Counted from the first letter of the stretch, positions 24,094 through 39,700 are shown. The stretch: 64,000 nt of DNA from Octopus vulgaris (GCA_951406725.2 OX597827.1:33604001-33668000); one strand, 5' to 3'. Translations and numbers: made by a program. The notes: generated by a model not told the origin, from the sequence alone.

Positions 24094-26004
24094 TAGGTTA
24101 AATGTGTAACAGTGGAAGAATATTCCTCATCAATGATATTATTGTGGCTCGTTTTGTCTAGAAAGGGAGGAAAAATTTAACTAAACGTTCAATTAAGATA
24201 GGTATTCGTTAGGTAAATCCATGAACAATTGAAGAAAATTGATGATGTCTATTTACAGAACTAAAACAGAGAGAATGGTTTGATTGAATTCCATGGTGAG
24301 GGAAAATGGATGTTAGCAATTCCAATGTTGGATAGATACTCGTATATATGTGTGTGTGTGTGTGTGTATACACATACACACATATATATGTATATATATA
24401 TACATACTACATACATATATATTGCTTGTGATATAAAAAAAGTTATTTTTATGCCTGGATGCACATTCTATAACTAACCACTCGACTGTGAAATTGGTAG
24501 TGGAGCTTGTATTTTTTTCTTTTTTTTTTCAATCAAAGTTGAATTACAGTTACAGCAGTGAAATTTAGTAATTATTCCTTTATATGTTTCCCTCTCTCTA
24601 CTGAGTAGAGGTTTATGTCTTTTGCCCCTGTTGGGTTTATAAAAATATTACAAATGTAAAACTCACTTGCTATGATTCAAAGCCAACCTTGAAAACAAGC
24701 ATGAAGGAAAGAAACCAGCAAATTGTCTACATGAGTCAAATTTCCCTCAAATCATACCCTGTTGTTTGGGGGGAAAGAAACAAATACATTAGCTAATGTA
24801 ATCCTAGATGTACATCCAAATAGTGGACTTAGTGAGGATCATGGCTTGACTATCTTTGGTCATGGGGGTCAGGGATAAACTAGGAATACAATATTAACTA
24901 CAGTATGGAAAATAAAGCTTCTTCTTGGTTACTCAACTTGCTAGAAACAGCAGTCAACTCTCCCTCATATCCTGTCTTGTCATCATCACCATTGTTTTAA
25001 TATCTAACTTTCTATGCTTGTATGGGTCATTTGAGAATATGTTAGGGCAGAGTTTTTTACAACTGGACGCCCTTCCTAATGCTCACCCTCCACCTGTTTC
25101 CAAGAGAGAAAAATCTCCCTGTCTATTGCACAACAAACAGCTCAGGTTTGTTAACACATAGAGCTGGAAACAAAAGGGCACCATATGAATGATCTATTTG
25201 TTTACAGAGATTGCACAACATTCCAAGTCATGTCAAGAGGCTTGGATATTCTTTCACAGTGGACTGTAAAGAAATGACAGTCTGACACCATCAGCATGGT
25301 CAAAGCGGATACATGTGAAGATGAAGGAAACAAAAAACTTCCTCTCCTCCCCCACACATAATAATGAGGGGCTACCAAATCTACTTGCCAAGCTTTGATT
25401 GACCTGGGCTATAGTAGAAGATCATTGCCCAAGTTGCCATGCAGTGGAACTGAACCTGAAACCATGATTGAGAAGTAAACTTCTTGACCACATAGCCATG
25501 CTTGTGCTTCAGAAAAATTGACCATGTCATAACTGAGATATTTTTTGATTTTTATGTTTTAATTAGGAGGGGATATAGTTCCCATAAGCCTCTACAGGGT
25601 CTCCTAGACTGATAGGAGGTGTTGGGGGCCAAAGAAAGGGAAAGTATCTTCAAATTGAATACCTGGCCCTAATGTTTGCTAAGGAGTGGACTGTAAAATT
25701 TACCCTAGTAGCCAGATAATAATGTTTAACCAGGTGACCATAACTCTGCTAGAGCTAACTTGGAGGCTTGGATAACAGCAGCAATATGGAAAATGTATGT
25801 AAAATAGTATTTTCTCTCATTTGTTTTTATAGCTGGATAACTTCCTCTCACTTGACCACTCACTAGTGAAATTGGAGTGGTACCTGTTTGTTAATCAAGT
25901 AAACCTGAGACAAGAAGTATCCTGTGTTTGGAGTATTATATATATATATGTAATTATAAATGTTTTATTATGTATCATATAATATTTTAGTTGCTATTTA
26001 TTTA

Positions 26005-26021
26005 TTTATTTATCTTTCCAG
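26005..26021 (+). promoter_or_regulatory. 3' splice acceptor (phase 0) of the ZNF terminal exon
   Basis: T-rich tract plus TTTCCAG immediately before the zinc-finger frame. Confidence 0.85.
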
Positions 26022-26720
26022 ATATGTAAGAAAGCTTTTTCACGGAAAGACCATCTGAACAAACATGAGCGCACCCATGCAGGCGAGAAACAACACAAAT
26101 GCACAGTTTGTGGTAAGGAGTTCTCACAGCGAGCGCACCTTGAGAAACATCGCAGCACTCATGCACATTCACACAATGAGCTGCACAACCAGCAGCATCT
26201 TAACACCACTGGTGCAACACTTCTACCAGCAGCCTCCCTCTCGTTGCAGCTGACAACACCACTGCCCAGCCTTACAACACAGCAACAACAGCAACAGCAA
26301 CAACATCAGTCCACAACCGCAGTGGTTGCAGCTGCTGGCGTGAATTCCAACAATGCTAACCTGACTGCTAATGCTGCATGTCTGCACCACCAAATCGTAG
26401 CTTCGGGTAACCAGCAACAGCAACAGCAGCAACAACAACAGCAACAACAGCAGCAGGGTTTGCAGGCAACAACAATGATTACATCAGCCCCTTTGGGCAT
26501 TGTCACCACAACTGGTTCATACCGGCTGGAGAACAGCTATGTATGGGCTGGAGGGTTACCAGTGGCCACAACATGGAATGCTGGCTGTGCGGTGGGGACG
26601 ACAAATAGTTCAATGCCTTGCTACACAGTTGGCCAAATCAAGTGTGAGTACCCTGATTCTGCTGAAGACTTCCAGACAGCCTTGCAGTATGGCACCAACT
26701 TGGACTACATATCTTTATAG
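26022..26720 (+). CDS. Terminal coding exon of a C2H2 zinc-finger protein (end of one finger, one full finger, His/Gln-rich C-terminus with Q8 and Q15 tracts)
   Basis: A pyrimidine-rich acceptor TATCTTTCCAG ends at 26021. The frame from 26022 reads [47 protein letters not shown] and continues in frame into track ORF 26244..26720, ending at TAG. It is 232 codons without a stop. The first Cys of the first finger must lie on an upstream exon. Confidence 0.93.
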   Translation: MCKKAFSRKDHLNKHERTHAGEKQHKCTVCGKEFSQRAHLEKHRSTHAHSHNELHNQQHLNTTGATLLPAASLSLQLTTPLPSLTTQQQQQQQQHQSTTAVVAAAGVNSNNANLTANAACLHHQIVASGNQQQQQQQQQQQQQQQGLQATTMITSAPLGIVTTTGSYRLENSYVWAGGLPVATTWNAGCAVGTTNSSMPCYTVGQIKCEYPDSAEDFQTALQYGTNLDYISL

Positions 26721-29700
26721 TCTCTCCCTCTTCCCTCTCTCGCGCTCTCTCACTCTCTCCCCCTTCTGTTTAAATTTTCTATTCTTTTTTAAAATTTTTT
26801 TATACAAATCACAGTAGTTTTACAGCAATCACAACAACAACAAAAAATGGAATTAAACTTCCCTTTCCTGCAGGTTGGCAGGGAGAAAAAAAAAATTTTT
26901 AAATTGATGAAATTATAAAACCCAATCCTAACAAAACTACGAAATTCCCCCCACCCACCACTACCACAAAAAAAAAAAACTACAACATTCACAAATAAAA
27001 AAAGTATTGAATCAATGTAAAACAAACAAATTTGAAGGAAAATAACTGGAAAAAATCCAAAATAACAACAAAAAACATGAAAGAAAAACAAAACAAAATA
27101 CCGTCCGGCGTCTCTGTCTAATGTTTTTTAATTGATCTTCGTTAAAGCCAATTATATCCTCCTGTGTTACAACAACTACTACTACTACCACGACAACTAC
27201 CACTATTACTACTACTGTTGTTATTGAGGACAGGCTGCTGTTTTATATTTTTATTTCTTTATTTTTTTTTTGTTTGTCTTTTGCAGCTCTCCTGGACAAC
27301 AATCATCTCAAAAACCCTTCCCCACCATCACCATGACCCTATCAACACAACCACCACCACAGCCTCACATCACCTTTAGTCATCTTTTACCTTCCCTTTT
27401 GTTTTGTTATTGTTGCCATGGTTGAGACACAAACACACATGCACGTACATAGTTTTGAGTTAGCTGATGCCGTTGATCTGAAATTCCTGACTTTGTACAT
27501 CTAATGATGACACATTTCTTCGGTCAGCCTTGCTGAAAGTTCTGCCATGGCTCACTGATGAAGTTCTATCATTGCACATGGAAAGGTAGAGTATCAACCT
27601 GATGGCATCATTTCTACATGCATATTGTGCATTGTTTGTTTATCTTTGGTTGGTGATCTACAGAGGGCAATGACTACCACTACACCACCCAACAGCACAT
27701 ACAGATGCCACCAAAAGCATTGCACTACCATTACCATCATCATCATACACTATCAGACAAGTAAAACTCTCTCTCTCTCTCTCTTTTTCTCTCTCTCTCT
27801 CTCCTCTCCTTTTTTCCTCTCCACTTTATATTTTCAAACCCTATCACATCTTTAAGCTTGCAATCTTTGACTTTCCTTTTCATTGTTACTTTATGATATT
27901 GATAACATCTGAAAGAAAATACTTCATCATTCACCTTTGGTGAATGTAAATCAGTTCATCATCTCCTGGCTTCCAGCTTTAACTTCTCTCTCTTATTCCA
28001 TAACCAGCTAGAAGTTCTTTCTGCTCCTCTCATATCCTCTACAAGCTACCTTTTACCCTTTTCTTCTTTTTCCAGTGGCTGTAAGCACACATACTGGCTG
28101 GGCAGGGAGTCCTCTACAGCCAACGAATGTATTCAGTTCTCTCCTTCAGATAGTCATACTTAGTACACTATACCTATTCTTCCTATCTGTCTATATATAT
28201 ATATTTCAAATTTTGTTTCTTGCTATTCTGGATATCGCATAAAAGAAAGAAAAGCAATCACTTTGATTTGAAGACATGCAAGAAAGTGCAAACCATGCAA
28301 AACAAAATCCAAACTAAAATTTCAGACATGAAAATCAACAAACGTTTACAATATTATGAACATTATCCTTAAGACACAGATGAACACGAAGATGGTTGGG
28401 TAGGTTAAATGTGGTCTTGATATTCTTCTACGAAAATGACTACAACAACGATGACGACAACAGCAACAGTAGCAATAACAACAAAAGTCATTTCAACTTC
28501 CAGATCTTTCCTTTTTATATTCTATTATTTTAATATATTTTTAATATTTTTTTGCATCATGAGTGATTTTTAAAAAATTGTTTTTAATTTTTTTTTTGTG
28601 TGTGTGTGTGTGTATTATGTTGGGGGGTGGGCAGACTGGGGGGAGGGAGTTTTCCAAAAAAAAAATTGAGATTTTGAGGGGTGGGGATTGATTTCTTCAT
28701 TTTTATTTATTTTATTTGATTTTTATTTTTCAAAAATTTGCATTACATTTTTTTTCTCCATCTTTTCATCATCAAACATGAACAATAACAGCATCTTTGC
28801 ATCTTTTTTTAATTTTCAATTATCTTCATATCAGTAGTCAATAATGAAACATCATTCCTATCATCTCATTATCTCCATCTTTGATTCTAATAACTTCTGA
28901 AAGACCTTTTTTTAAATGTCTTTGACCATAGAAATAGTAAATACCAGTTCAGAAGGTTTTTCTTTTTTTTTATGAAAGAGTATAAGATCTTTTGGGGTTA
29001 CTTAAAGTTTCTTTAAATCTTTCGTCTTTACAATTTAAGCTGTGTATGTGTGTAAATGAAGATCTGAAATTTTGGCCTAGTTTGGTTGTTTATTGATCTT
29101 GTCATCAGTATTGAAGGTGGTGGTAACAAACCATTGACTTACAGTTTGTCAGCCAAAACAGAGAATAGTGATGAAACTTAGAAGGTGGTTGATGCACCAA
29201 GAGGTGATAACTGAACCGACAGGATAAAGTGTAGACAGAGAAGGACATACATGATAAACAGTAGTTGGACAAACAAGCCAAATAAGGTCTAGTCAGATAG
29301 ACACACTGAGTTGAGAGTAGTGAAAGATATTAAGAAAAAATACAGGCAGATAGAATAAGACAAAGTCTGCTGTCAGTTGGAACATGATGGGGGAATAATT
29401 GAAGAGACAAAGACAAGAGATTAATCAGATTGGGGTGGGGGGATATAGTTGTTATAAATACAAATAATGAGGGACCATTTGGGTGGATAATAGTTGAATT
29501 AGAGGAATGAAGGTTCATGACCACATGATTAGGGTTTTCAGCTTATGTATCAAGTTGTGGGATTAATCCCTGGATCAGACATCACTTAGTGTCCTTGAGC
29601 AAGGCACTTCATCTTGTGTTAGTCCAGTCTAGTCAGCTGTAAATGAGTACTGACCAGATGCTGATTCATCTCTCTCCCTCGATTTGTCACATCTTGGATG

Positions 29701-30600
29701 TGTTGCTAGGCCAAGGGTAAGGGGCCAAAAGAGTGTCTGTGTCTGCCCATGACTACATAGAGACCTAAACCAATTAGCAAAATCATGGTAAATGTTACCA
29801 AACCATATCCACTTATGAGTGATGACTGGTTGTACTGCATTGGGTGGATGAGCTGGACAAAACAGGGAGTTGGGCAGACCAACAAATGAAAAGGGACCAG
29901 TTCTACTGATAGATAAACTAACTGATAATATAGTAGATAGTGGAGCAAGGGAAATAAAATGTTGGACAGGTAAACAGGAAAACCAAGAAAGGGATCAATA
30001 AATATAAATTGGACCAATAAATAGACAAGAGAGGAATTACACAGGAAGGGGCTGATGAAGGTGGGGTTAGTCTGACACAACTGACAAAATATCAAAATTA
30101 AAATGATAGACAAAGACAAACAACTAAATTAAGTTGTTGATGAAATCCACTATTCTGCCAGAGTATCCCTTTGGTTGACTGAATTTCTGTATCGTCCTAA
30201 ACTGTGGTCTATTTCCTTTTACTTCTGTGCCTTCCCCATCTAGTTTAACAATAACAATGATGATGATGACTGATGATGATAAACATCACATTCCTCTCTT
30301 AGTATTTTACTCTTTTCATGTGGACTGTTTCTCCATTATTTATACTGCAATTTATTTTACTTTCCTTAAATATTGCTGCTGGTACAACTTACTGCTACTA
30401 CAACTACTACTACCAATAAAATTGCTGCTGCTGTGATAGATATTATTAGTATTAGTATTATGGTGAGACATGACAGCCAGGTGATCGTAGACAACCCTCA
30501 CAACAACACACACATACACACATACTCAGTGTTTTGTCCTGTGCTGTACTTAATGTTTTTCTTAATGTAAACTTTTTGTAGTTAAAGAAATTATTATTTT

Positions 30601-33600
30601 TAAAGTGGTAAACTGGCAAAATCATTAGAACATCAGAAAAAATGCTTTGTAATATTTGTCCTGGTACTTTACATTCTGAGTTCAAATTCCTCCTACAACA
30701 ATTTTGCCTTTCATTCCTCTTTAGTTGTGGTAATCGACTGACCAACTCCCCTTAAAATTGCTGGCCTTGTGCCTGAATCAGAAATTGTTATTATTACGTG
30801 GAACAGCCAGCTAACAGAATTGTTAGTGTTCCAAAAAAAAAATGCCTTGTAGTATTTGTTCTGACTTTACATTTTGAGTTCAAGTCCTATTTAGGTCAGC
30901 TTTGCCTTCCATCTCTTCAGTACTTAATGAAATAAACTACTAGTTAAGTATTGGGTTGATGTAATCAACACCCTCCCCCCAAATTTTTGGACTTGTGCCT
31001 AAATTAGTGTCTAAATTAGAAACAGCTATTATTATTATTATTATTATTAAGGTGGTATCCTAGCAAAATCGTTTACATGTTGAACAAAATGTTAGTGGCA
31101 GTTCACCCATCGCTACATTCCGAGTTGAAATTCTGCTGAGGTTGACTTTGCCTTTCATCCTTTTAGGGTCAGTAAATTAAATACCAGCGAAACACTGAGG
31201 TGAGTGTAATCAACTAGTCCCCTCCCCCTAAATTTCAGGCCTTGTGCCTTTTGTAGAAGGGGTTATTATTATTATTAAAGCAATAGATTGACAGAATCAG
31301 CTGAGTGATGGGCAAAAGGCTTTGATCATATTTAGTTCTGGGTCTTTATGTTCTGAGTTCAAATCCTGCTGAGATCAACTTTGCCCTTCATCCCTCAAGA
31401 TTCAATAAAATAGAGTACCAGTCAAGTACTGGGATTGATGCAATCAACTGTACTCTTCTCTGAAAACTGCTGGCTTACATTAGAAGCTATAGGCATTTCA
31501 TCGATCTCTATGTTCTGAGTTCAATTTCTGCTGAAGTTGACTTTACTTTTTACCCTTTCAGGGTCCATAAAGTAAGTACTAGTTGAGCACTGGGGTCAAT
31601 GTAATTGACTTGCACTCCTCTCTAAAAGTTTCGGGTCTTGTGCCTATAATAAAAAGGATTATTATTATTATTACAGAACAATGGATAAAATATTTTGCAT
31701 TATTTAGTTATGTACCTTGTCCATTTGAGTTCAAAACACCATGTTAGTCCACTGAGTTATTCAATATTACTGTGGTTGATTTAATCATCTATACCGCCTC
31801 CACCATTGTGCCTACATTAGATAAATTTATTAATATTATCATTACTCAGATTTTGGACCAGTAGAATTGGTAGATAAAATGCTTTGCAGTATTTATTTTA
31901 TCAAACTCAGTACTTGACTAGTACTTATCAACTCCAGAGGAATCAGTAAAATAATGTACCAGTGACCATCCTGTTTCCCTCAAAATTGCTAGCTTTGTGC
32001 CTGAATTAGAAACAACTGTTATTATTAAGGTGGCTAACTGGCAGAATCATTAGCATGCTGGGTGAAATGCTTAGCAGCATTTCATCCGTCTACGTTCTGA
32101 GTTCAAATTCTGCTGAGGTTGACTTTACCATTCATCCTTTCAGGGTTGATAAAATAAGTACCAGTTGAGTACTGGGGGATCAGTGTAATCGACTAACCCC
32201 CTCCCTCAAATTTCAGGCTTTGTGCCTATATTAGAAAGGATTATCATTATTATTAAGGTGGTCCGCTGAAAGAATTGTTAGCGCACTGGGCAAAATGCTT
32301 AGTGGCATTTTGTCTGTCTTTACATTCTGAGTTCAAATCCTGCTAAGATCAACTTTACCTGTCATCCTTTCAAGGTCATATGTCCCCCTAACTTGCTGAC
32401 CTTGTGCCAAAATTTGAAACTATTATTATTATTGATGACACTCACATAAAACTTGCAGACCACCATACTAAAATACTTTATATTTAGATTTCAAGTTTAT
32501 CCACATTCAAAGTTTAAATTCTGCTAAGATCAACATAGCCTTGGTTTCCCCCACCCTTCACAATCTGGGCTTGGTAATAATGTTGACTAAGGTGAAGTAT
32601 TTTGTTTACATTGTTGCAAATATGTATGTAGCATATTCGTTATTATTGTTAAAGCAAATGTTTTTTACAACTGGATGTCTTCCCCATTCTCTACTGTCAA
32701 AACTATTATTTGATGTAGAGATGGAACCTGTTCTTGCTGTTTCAGACTGAGACAACCTCAGTGCTGTTGCCTTGCTTCAGGGATTTTCAAAATATCAGCT
32801 GTTAGTAGTAAGGTTTCTACCTGATGATGATTGTACAATTGCCTCACATGAACTGTGCCTCCCTTTACTAACTACTACTAGTATTAATTATCATTAATAG
32901 TTATTAAAGCAACAGAATTATTGAAACTGGCTAAATTACTTTGGAGTTACATTCCTCTGAATTCAATTTGAAATCCCAAGCTAACTTTGACTTTTCATCT
33001 ATTTTTTTTGAGTACCAGTAATATACAGGGCTCCATCCAATTAACTCTATCCCTCCACAACATATATATGACAGTGGTAGTAATGGTATATATCATTACT
33101 ATTACTAGTATGTAAAGCAAGAGTTGACCTCATACCTGACTTCAATCCCTGGTTGTGCCCTTCTCATTTTGTTTCTACAGATTCTTTTTAAAGAGTCTAA
33201 GTGTTAAACCTTTCCACTATGTTCAGTGCGTAATTTGAAAGTGTTTTATGATATTCCCTTTTTTTTTTATTTTGTTATAAATTTGTGACAACTGACATAA
33301 AGTTTGCCTTTCATCTTTTCAGAAATGTAATGTTCTGACGTACCAGTCACATTCAAGGGTCAATTAGATCAGCTATACTCTCCCTCTAAAATTTGTGGCC
33401 TTTTACCTATGTTAGAAATTATTATTATTATTATTATTAATATTTTATAAGTGTGGTGGATTAGCAGAATCGGTAAGTATGTCAGATAAATTGCTTTCTT
33501 AAAAATTCTGAGTTCAAATCCCACCGAGGTAAACTTTGTCATTCATCCTTCTGAGGTTGATAAAATAAAATACCTGTTAAGTCCTGGGGTCAATTTAAGC

Positions 33601-36600
33601 AATTCTTCTTCCTTCCTTAGTGCCTAAGTTGTAAACAGTTATTATTAACAGAAAGTTGGAAATCTGACAGGTCTGTTACAATGTCAGAAAAAATGCTTTT
33701 GCTGTACTTGTTCCAATTCTGTTCTGAGTTCAGATGAAACATGCTGAAGTTAACTTTACCTTTCACCCTCCACTGTTAATAAAACAAAGTACAGTCAAAT
33801 GGGGCATTGGTATTGACTCCCTTCCCTCAAAATTGTTGGCCCTGTGTCTAAATCAGAAACGATTATTATTATTAACAGAGAAGATTGTCAGAGTTTGTGA
33901 AGCACCAGACTAGATGCCTTACAATATTTAATTTTATCCCTTTATTGTTCTGATTCAAATCCTGTTGATGATTTTTTTTACCTTCCATCCCACCATGACT
34001 GTTGTAATGACCATCAGTAATGTGCTGAGGGTTATTTTAATAAAAAAATCTTTTGTTTTGTGCCAACATAGAAATATCATCATCATCATCGTTAATAAGC
34101 ACTGTAGTTGATTTATTGTCAAAATTTAGTGAATTTAGTTTCAATTCCTAATTTGGTTTCTTCAGTTTATTTACTTTTCTTAAGTATCGTTGTAAAAAGC
34201 ATGTCATCCATATCTCCTCTCAAAAAAAAAAATGTATAAATTCTTTCACTTTAGATCAGTGTTTCCCAACCTGCTTTCTGCCCAGGCCCACTGATGGTTG
34301 GGAAAAAAGTTGTAATATGCTTGCTGTAAAGAAAAAGATTTTTACAATTCCATGTCCCACTAAAAAAAAAAAAAAAAAATGGATCCCATTCCCTACCACA
34401 ATTTTCCCAGGCTCCACTTTGGAAATCACTGCTTTAGATTTACTCTGAAAGATGTGGCTAGTGGCTTTGGCTGTTGTGCTCACAATTGTTAGGTCATGGG
34501 TTTGATTTCATATTGCTCCAGTTCGCTATGAGTGCCAATGGTTACTTCGAGCTTTGCTCTGTGACTGGCTGGTTTCTTGAGAAATCTTGTACTCTCAGTC
34601 TGAATACCTTGAAAATCTAGGTAAGCTCTGGCTTTGTAAACCACCTGCTGGATTGAGGCAGACTCTATGTCTACTAAAAAAATTTACTGCTGTTGCTAAG
34701 ATAGAGAAGTGGGCACAGCTGGAGTGGGGATGCAATATTACACTGCTTTATTTTAATACTCAAGATGAAATATATACTAGTGATACACTGGTATCAGTTT
34801 AGTCAACTATTTCCACTCTGTTTCTTTCATAAGTTGGCCTAGTGAGTGCCTCTGAAAGAATTTACTATTTGTAAGAAATAATTACAAACTGTATTGAATT
34901 AGTTTTTAATCAGGATTGATGCAATGACAGAAATGGTATAATGCCAGACTGGATACCTTACAGTATTTATAATTTCTTCCACCACCATCACCACCACTAT
35001 CCCTTCGAATTGATCCTCTGGGATTGTTGATAAAGAAAGAGAAAGAAATAGATATCACAAACACATACACACACATGTACAGATGGGGAAGGGGTAAGGG
35101 TCAATCTAATCAACTCTAATGTCTCTAATAAATTTGTGGCTTTTGGCCAATGTAAAGAAAGAAAATCGTTATCTTTATTACTCAACTGCTGTTATATTTT
35201 CCTGTTTCGAAATTATTTCCACCTCAATAATATTTTTTTAAACCATTTTTCTTCCCCACTTCCTCCCTCTCTCGACTTGCTTTCAAAGGTGGCCTTTAGT
35301 ATTGGACCTGTTACATCTATAATAAGATTATGTGGATGTGTATGAATATTTATGCACATCCGTGTGTGTGCGCGGTTACTATTCATATTGCAATCATTGT
35401 TATAAGTGCACTGGAGATGGTTTGGACTGTGGAGAACTAGTTAGATGCTCTTTACACTCTCTGGTTCAGTAGTTCTGGGTTCAAATCATGCCAACCTTGA
35501 CTTCACCTTTTATAGCCCAGTTACTCCTTCCCCTACCATCACCTTCTTTCATTGCCTGATAAAGTGGAGAAATATTTACAGAGTAAATACCTGTAATTAA
35601 CAAAGTTAATATTAAATATATCTTTCCCTTAAAATAATACAGGAATTTGTGCCTATGCAAAAAAAAAAACCTATCATCATTGCTATTATCAACATCATTG
35701 TTGTTATGCCATACTGTATTTGTTCCAATTCTTAGTTCTGAGTTCAGATCCTACCAAGATCAACTTTTTGGGGTTAATAAAATAAGTACCAGTTAAGTGC
35801 CAGGGTTGATGGTATTATTGACTAACCACTACCCATAAATTTCAGGTCTTGCACCTATATTAGAAACAATTATTGTTATTATTTGGTAGGATTGTTAGAG
35901 CATCCTACCATTGTCAACTTTGCTTTTCATCCCTCTGGAGTCAATATAATTGACCAACCCCTCCCCCTAAAATTGCTGGACTTGTGCAAAAGATTAAAAA
36001 TTGTTGCGAGCTGGCAGAATCGTTATTGCACTGGGCAAAATGCTTAGTGGCATTTCATGCCTCTACATTCTGAGTTCAAATCCCACCAAGGTCAACTTTG
36101 CCTTTCATCCTTTCAGGGTTGATGTAATCAACTTACCCCCTCCCCTGAAATTGCTGGCCTTGTGCCAAAATTTGAAATCATTATCATCATCATCATCATC
36201 AAGGCAGCAAGCTGGAAGAATCATTAAATGTGCCAGACAAATGCCTATCAACATTTCTTCCAGTTCTGCATTCTGAGTTGGAATGTCATTGAAGTTACCT
36301 TTTGGGGTTGATGTAATTGTCTAGCCCTCTTCCCCAAAATTTCAGGCCTTGTATCTTTAGTAGAAAGAGTTCTTGTTATTATTATCGTCATCAGCACGAT
36401 GGTGAGTGGCAGAATCTGTGCTGTGTTAGAGAAAAATACTTTGTTATATCTATTTCTCAGTTTGGATTGAAATGGAATTTGGTTTTTGTCCCTGCAAAAT
36501 TGATATAAAATTGTACCGGTAATATTCTAGGAGTTGACTGGATTGAGTAAATCCCCTTCCCTTAAAACTAGTATATAAACAAAGACAGTAGAAGTTTATT

Positions 36601-36672
36601 TTCTGTTTAGTGACTCAAAGTTTTGTGTTCAAATAACAGCAGAGTAGAATTTGCATCTCATTACCCACCTTC

Positions 36673-36717
<45 letters not shown>

Positions 36718-39700
36718 GCAATCTATTTCCATCATATACTGATCTTTTACCAAGTCATAAAACAATTATTTTATGTTTTTGTCAACCCTTGTGGTAAAAT
36801 AAAGAAAGCATTTTTATTATTATTGTTATTATGGCAACAGAACTAGCTTAATCATTAGTATGTTAGATAAAATGCTTACAGCATTTCTCTTGAGTTCTAA
36901 GTTCAAATACTATCAACATCACTTTTGCCTTTCATCCTTTCAGGATAAAATAAGTACCAGTCAAGTATGGCGAGGTGGGGGTTGATGCAATAAGCTTATA
37001 TTCTCTTAAAGTTGCTGACCTTTTGCCAAAATTTGAAATAATTATTATCATTATTACTGTTATTAGGACAGTAAAGTGCCAGAATAGTTTAGCACATCAG
37101 ACAAAATACCTTGTGTTATTTGTTACAGGTCTATATGCTCTAAGTTCAAATCCTACTGCAACTAACTTTGCTTTTCATACTTCTGGTGGTCCATAAAATA
37201 ATGTGTATCAGTCAAGTACTATCCCTTTCTCAAGAATCTATTTTTGTTTTAGGGTAAGGGATTGGCAGAATCAATATGCCTTCTGGTATTTACATTTTGA
37301 ATTCAAATCCTGTGAAGTTTAACTCTGCCAGCCATCTTGTTTCCAGAGTTGATATATGATCAATTAGCTACTAAGTTCTCAAATTGACCAAAACTGTGTT
37401 TTCTCATTTCCTCCTCTCCTCCCCCATCGCATGTTTAACTTTTTTATTATTAAGTCAATGGCTATATCTGCATTGACAACACCTCTCTAAATGTATTACG
37501 GTTATTTTAGCTTCATTTTTTAGGGTCCCTGCATTCAGATGCTTTTCACAATCCATTTTAATCTTCAACAACAAACAACTGTTTTGTTTGCTTATCATCA
37601 TCATAATTATTTAATGAATCTTGTTACATTTTTTATTATACAACAAATTGCTTTTTCTTTGTCTTTTTTAGTTATTGATTTTGGTTTACTTATATCTCCA
37701 CTGTCCCTCTTCCACTTTAAAAAGATTTTCCCCCTGAAGTCAGTTCTAAGTCCTTTCCAGGGTAACCATGGCAGTAAGAATCATGAAATAAAATAAAGGT
37801 ATATGTGAGGGTGGGGTTATTTTGATTTTATTTTTTATTTATCCAAGTAAGTTCCTTGGTGATATCAGTTTTGGAGTTTAATACCCACCTATTTTGTTTG
37901 ATTTTAAAGCAACATGTAGCTGGGTCTTTTTTTTTTTTTTTTTTTTTTTTACCTCCATAATTCAGTTTAGTGCCTGTCTCAGTTGGTCGGGATATTCTGA
38001 GTGTAATTTAGTGCCTAGCTAATTTATTTGGTGTTTTGTTTTGTCACCATTTTTTATGTAAACATTAAATTTATACATTCAAAAGACTTGTATCCATAAC
38101 CTACAGCTACAGATGACAACAACAACAATCCCATCCCCTGCCTCCATGCAATATGTTTGTGAAGGCAGGACAGTTCTTTTCTGGATAAACTGAATCAAAT
38201 TTGTTTTATCCCGAAACTCAATACTTGCAGTAGATTTGAACTTAAAGTCTTATAGTTTGTAGTCCAGTGCCTAATTCATTTAAGCATTTCAACATTTTTA
38301 TTATATTTTATTGAATCTGAAATATCAATGAAGCTGTTGTAAATCTTTATTAGTGTGTCTTCTTATAGTCATAATCATAGATATTATTATAGTTAGGGCA
38401 ATGGATTGATAGAATTGGTAAAACTTTGGCCAAAATTTTTTGGGGTATTTCTTCGAACATTGCATCCTGGGTACAAATCCTGCCATGGTCAGCATTGCTC
38501 TTCTATTCCACTGGATTCGATGTAAATTGACTAACCTCATCTTCCAATTTTCAAGCCTTGTGCCTATTTTTAACAATTTTCAAGTGGTGAATTTGCAGAA
38601 TCATTAGAGTGTTGGAGGAATAATGTCATGCATTATTTGTTTCAGCCCTTTACGTTCTTATTTTAAATCCCACCAAGGTTGACTTTGCCCTTCATCCTCT
38701 CGGGGTCAATAAAATAAGTACCAGTTGAGCACTGGGGTTGATGTAATCAACTTACATCTTCCCTTGGAATTGCTGTCCTTGAGCCAAAATTTGAAACCAC
38801 CACCACCACCACCATCATCATCATGAGGGCTGTAGATATGCAGAATTGTTAGAGCAGACAAAATATTTTGGAGGATTTAGTTATTGTCCTTTACATTATG
38901 ACGTCAACTTTTGAGTATTATTCTTGATAAAATAAAGTACCAGTGTCATACAAGGGTTGATATCTTTATATATCCCACTGCCCCAATAATTTCAAGTCAT
39001 GTACACTATGTTAGATATAGTTATTACTATTGCTAAGATGAAGTGGCATATTGAGAACTAGAGGTAATGTCTTAGTAACTTGGTTTCAATTTTCACTTGT
39101 TTGAAATAATAGCATTTCACTAAATATCCATAGTAAAAACTATAACTTGACAACTTTCATTTCAAATTCCATTTCACTCTGATCCTCACCATTTTTTTTC
39201 CAAATCTCATGCATCTCTGTCTTTGCCAATACAAACATCATCATCATCGAAACCACATTGCCTTTCATCCTTTCTGGGTCTATAAAATAAAGTCAATTTC
39301 ATTAACTAACCCTCCTACCCTCATATTTTGGCCTTAGAAAAAGTTATTTAAGGGCAGTGAATTGGCAGAATTGTTAGAATAATTTACATGTGGTATTTCT
39401 TCTAGCTCTATGTTTTGAGTTCAAATCCTGCCATGATCAACTTTGCTTTCCATCCCTTTAGGGTTAATTCAATTGACTATTTCTTTCTTCCAAATTTCAG
39501 GCCTTGCACCTATGTTAGAAACTATTATCATAAACATTACGTACACTGCCACCAACATTTTAGTGTTGGCTGGTGTAGCAGATGTAAAACTAGAGAGATA
39601 TCATTTCCTCCCCTGTTTGATCTACAGCCAGGGTGGGTGGGAAATCCAAGTAAATCTGACTCTATTATTACTTCCATTTCATCACTCTTTTGGGAACAAA

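Noticed and set aside
1-26000. Upstream zinc-finger exons
   Set aside because: I saw no C-x2-C/H-x3-H or TGEKP-coding segment with splice sites. Small exons could have been missed by eye.
27498-27600. Box C/D snoRNA (ATGATGA...CTGA...CTGA) or hammerhead at CTGATGA 27555
   Set aside because: It is short with a weak terminal stem and no rRNA-complementary guide that I could recognise. Hammerhead stem II does not form next to the core.
29130-30130. 137-aa hydrophobic ORF (29706-30119, -)
   Set aside because: It is the antisense of purine-skewed, decayed GATA/GACA-like low-complexity sequence, with no domain or splice support.
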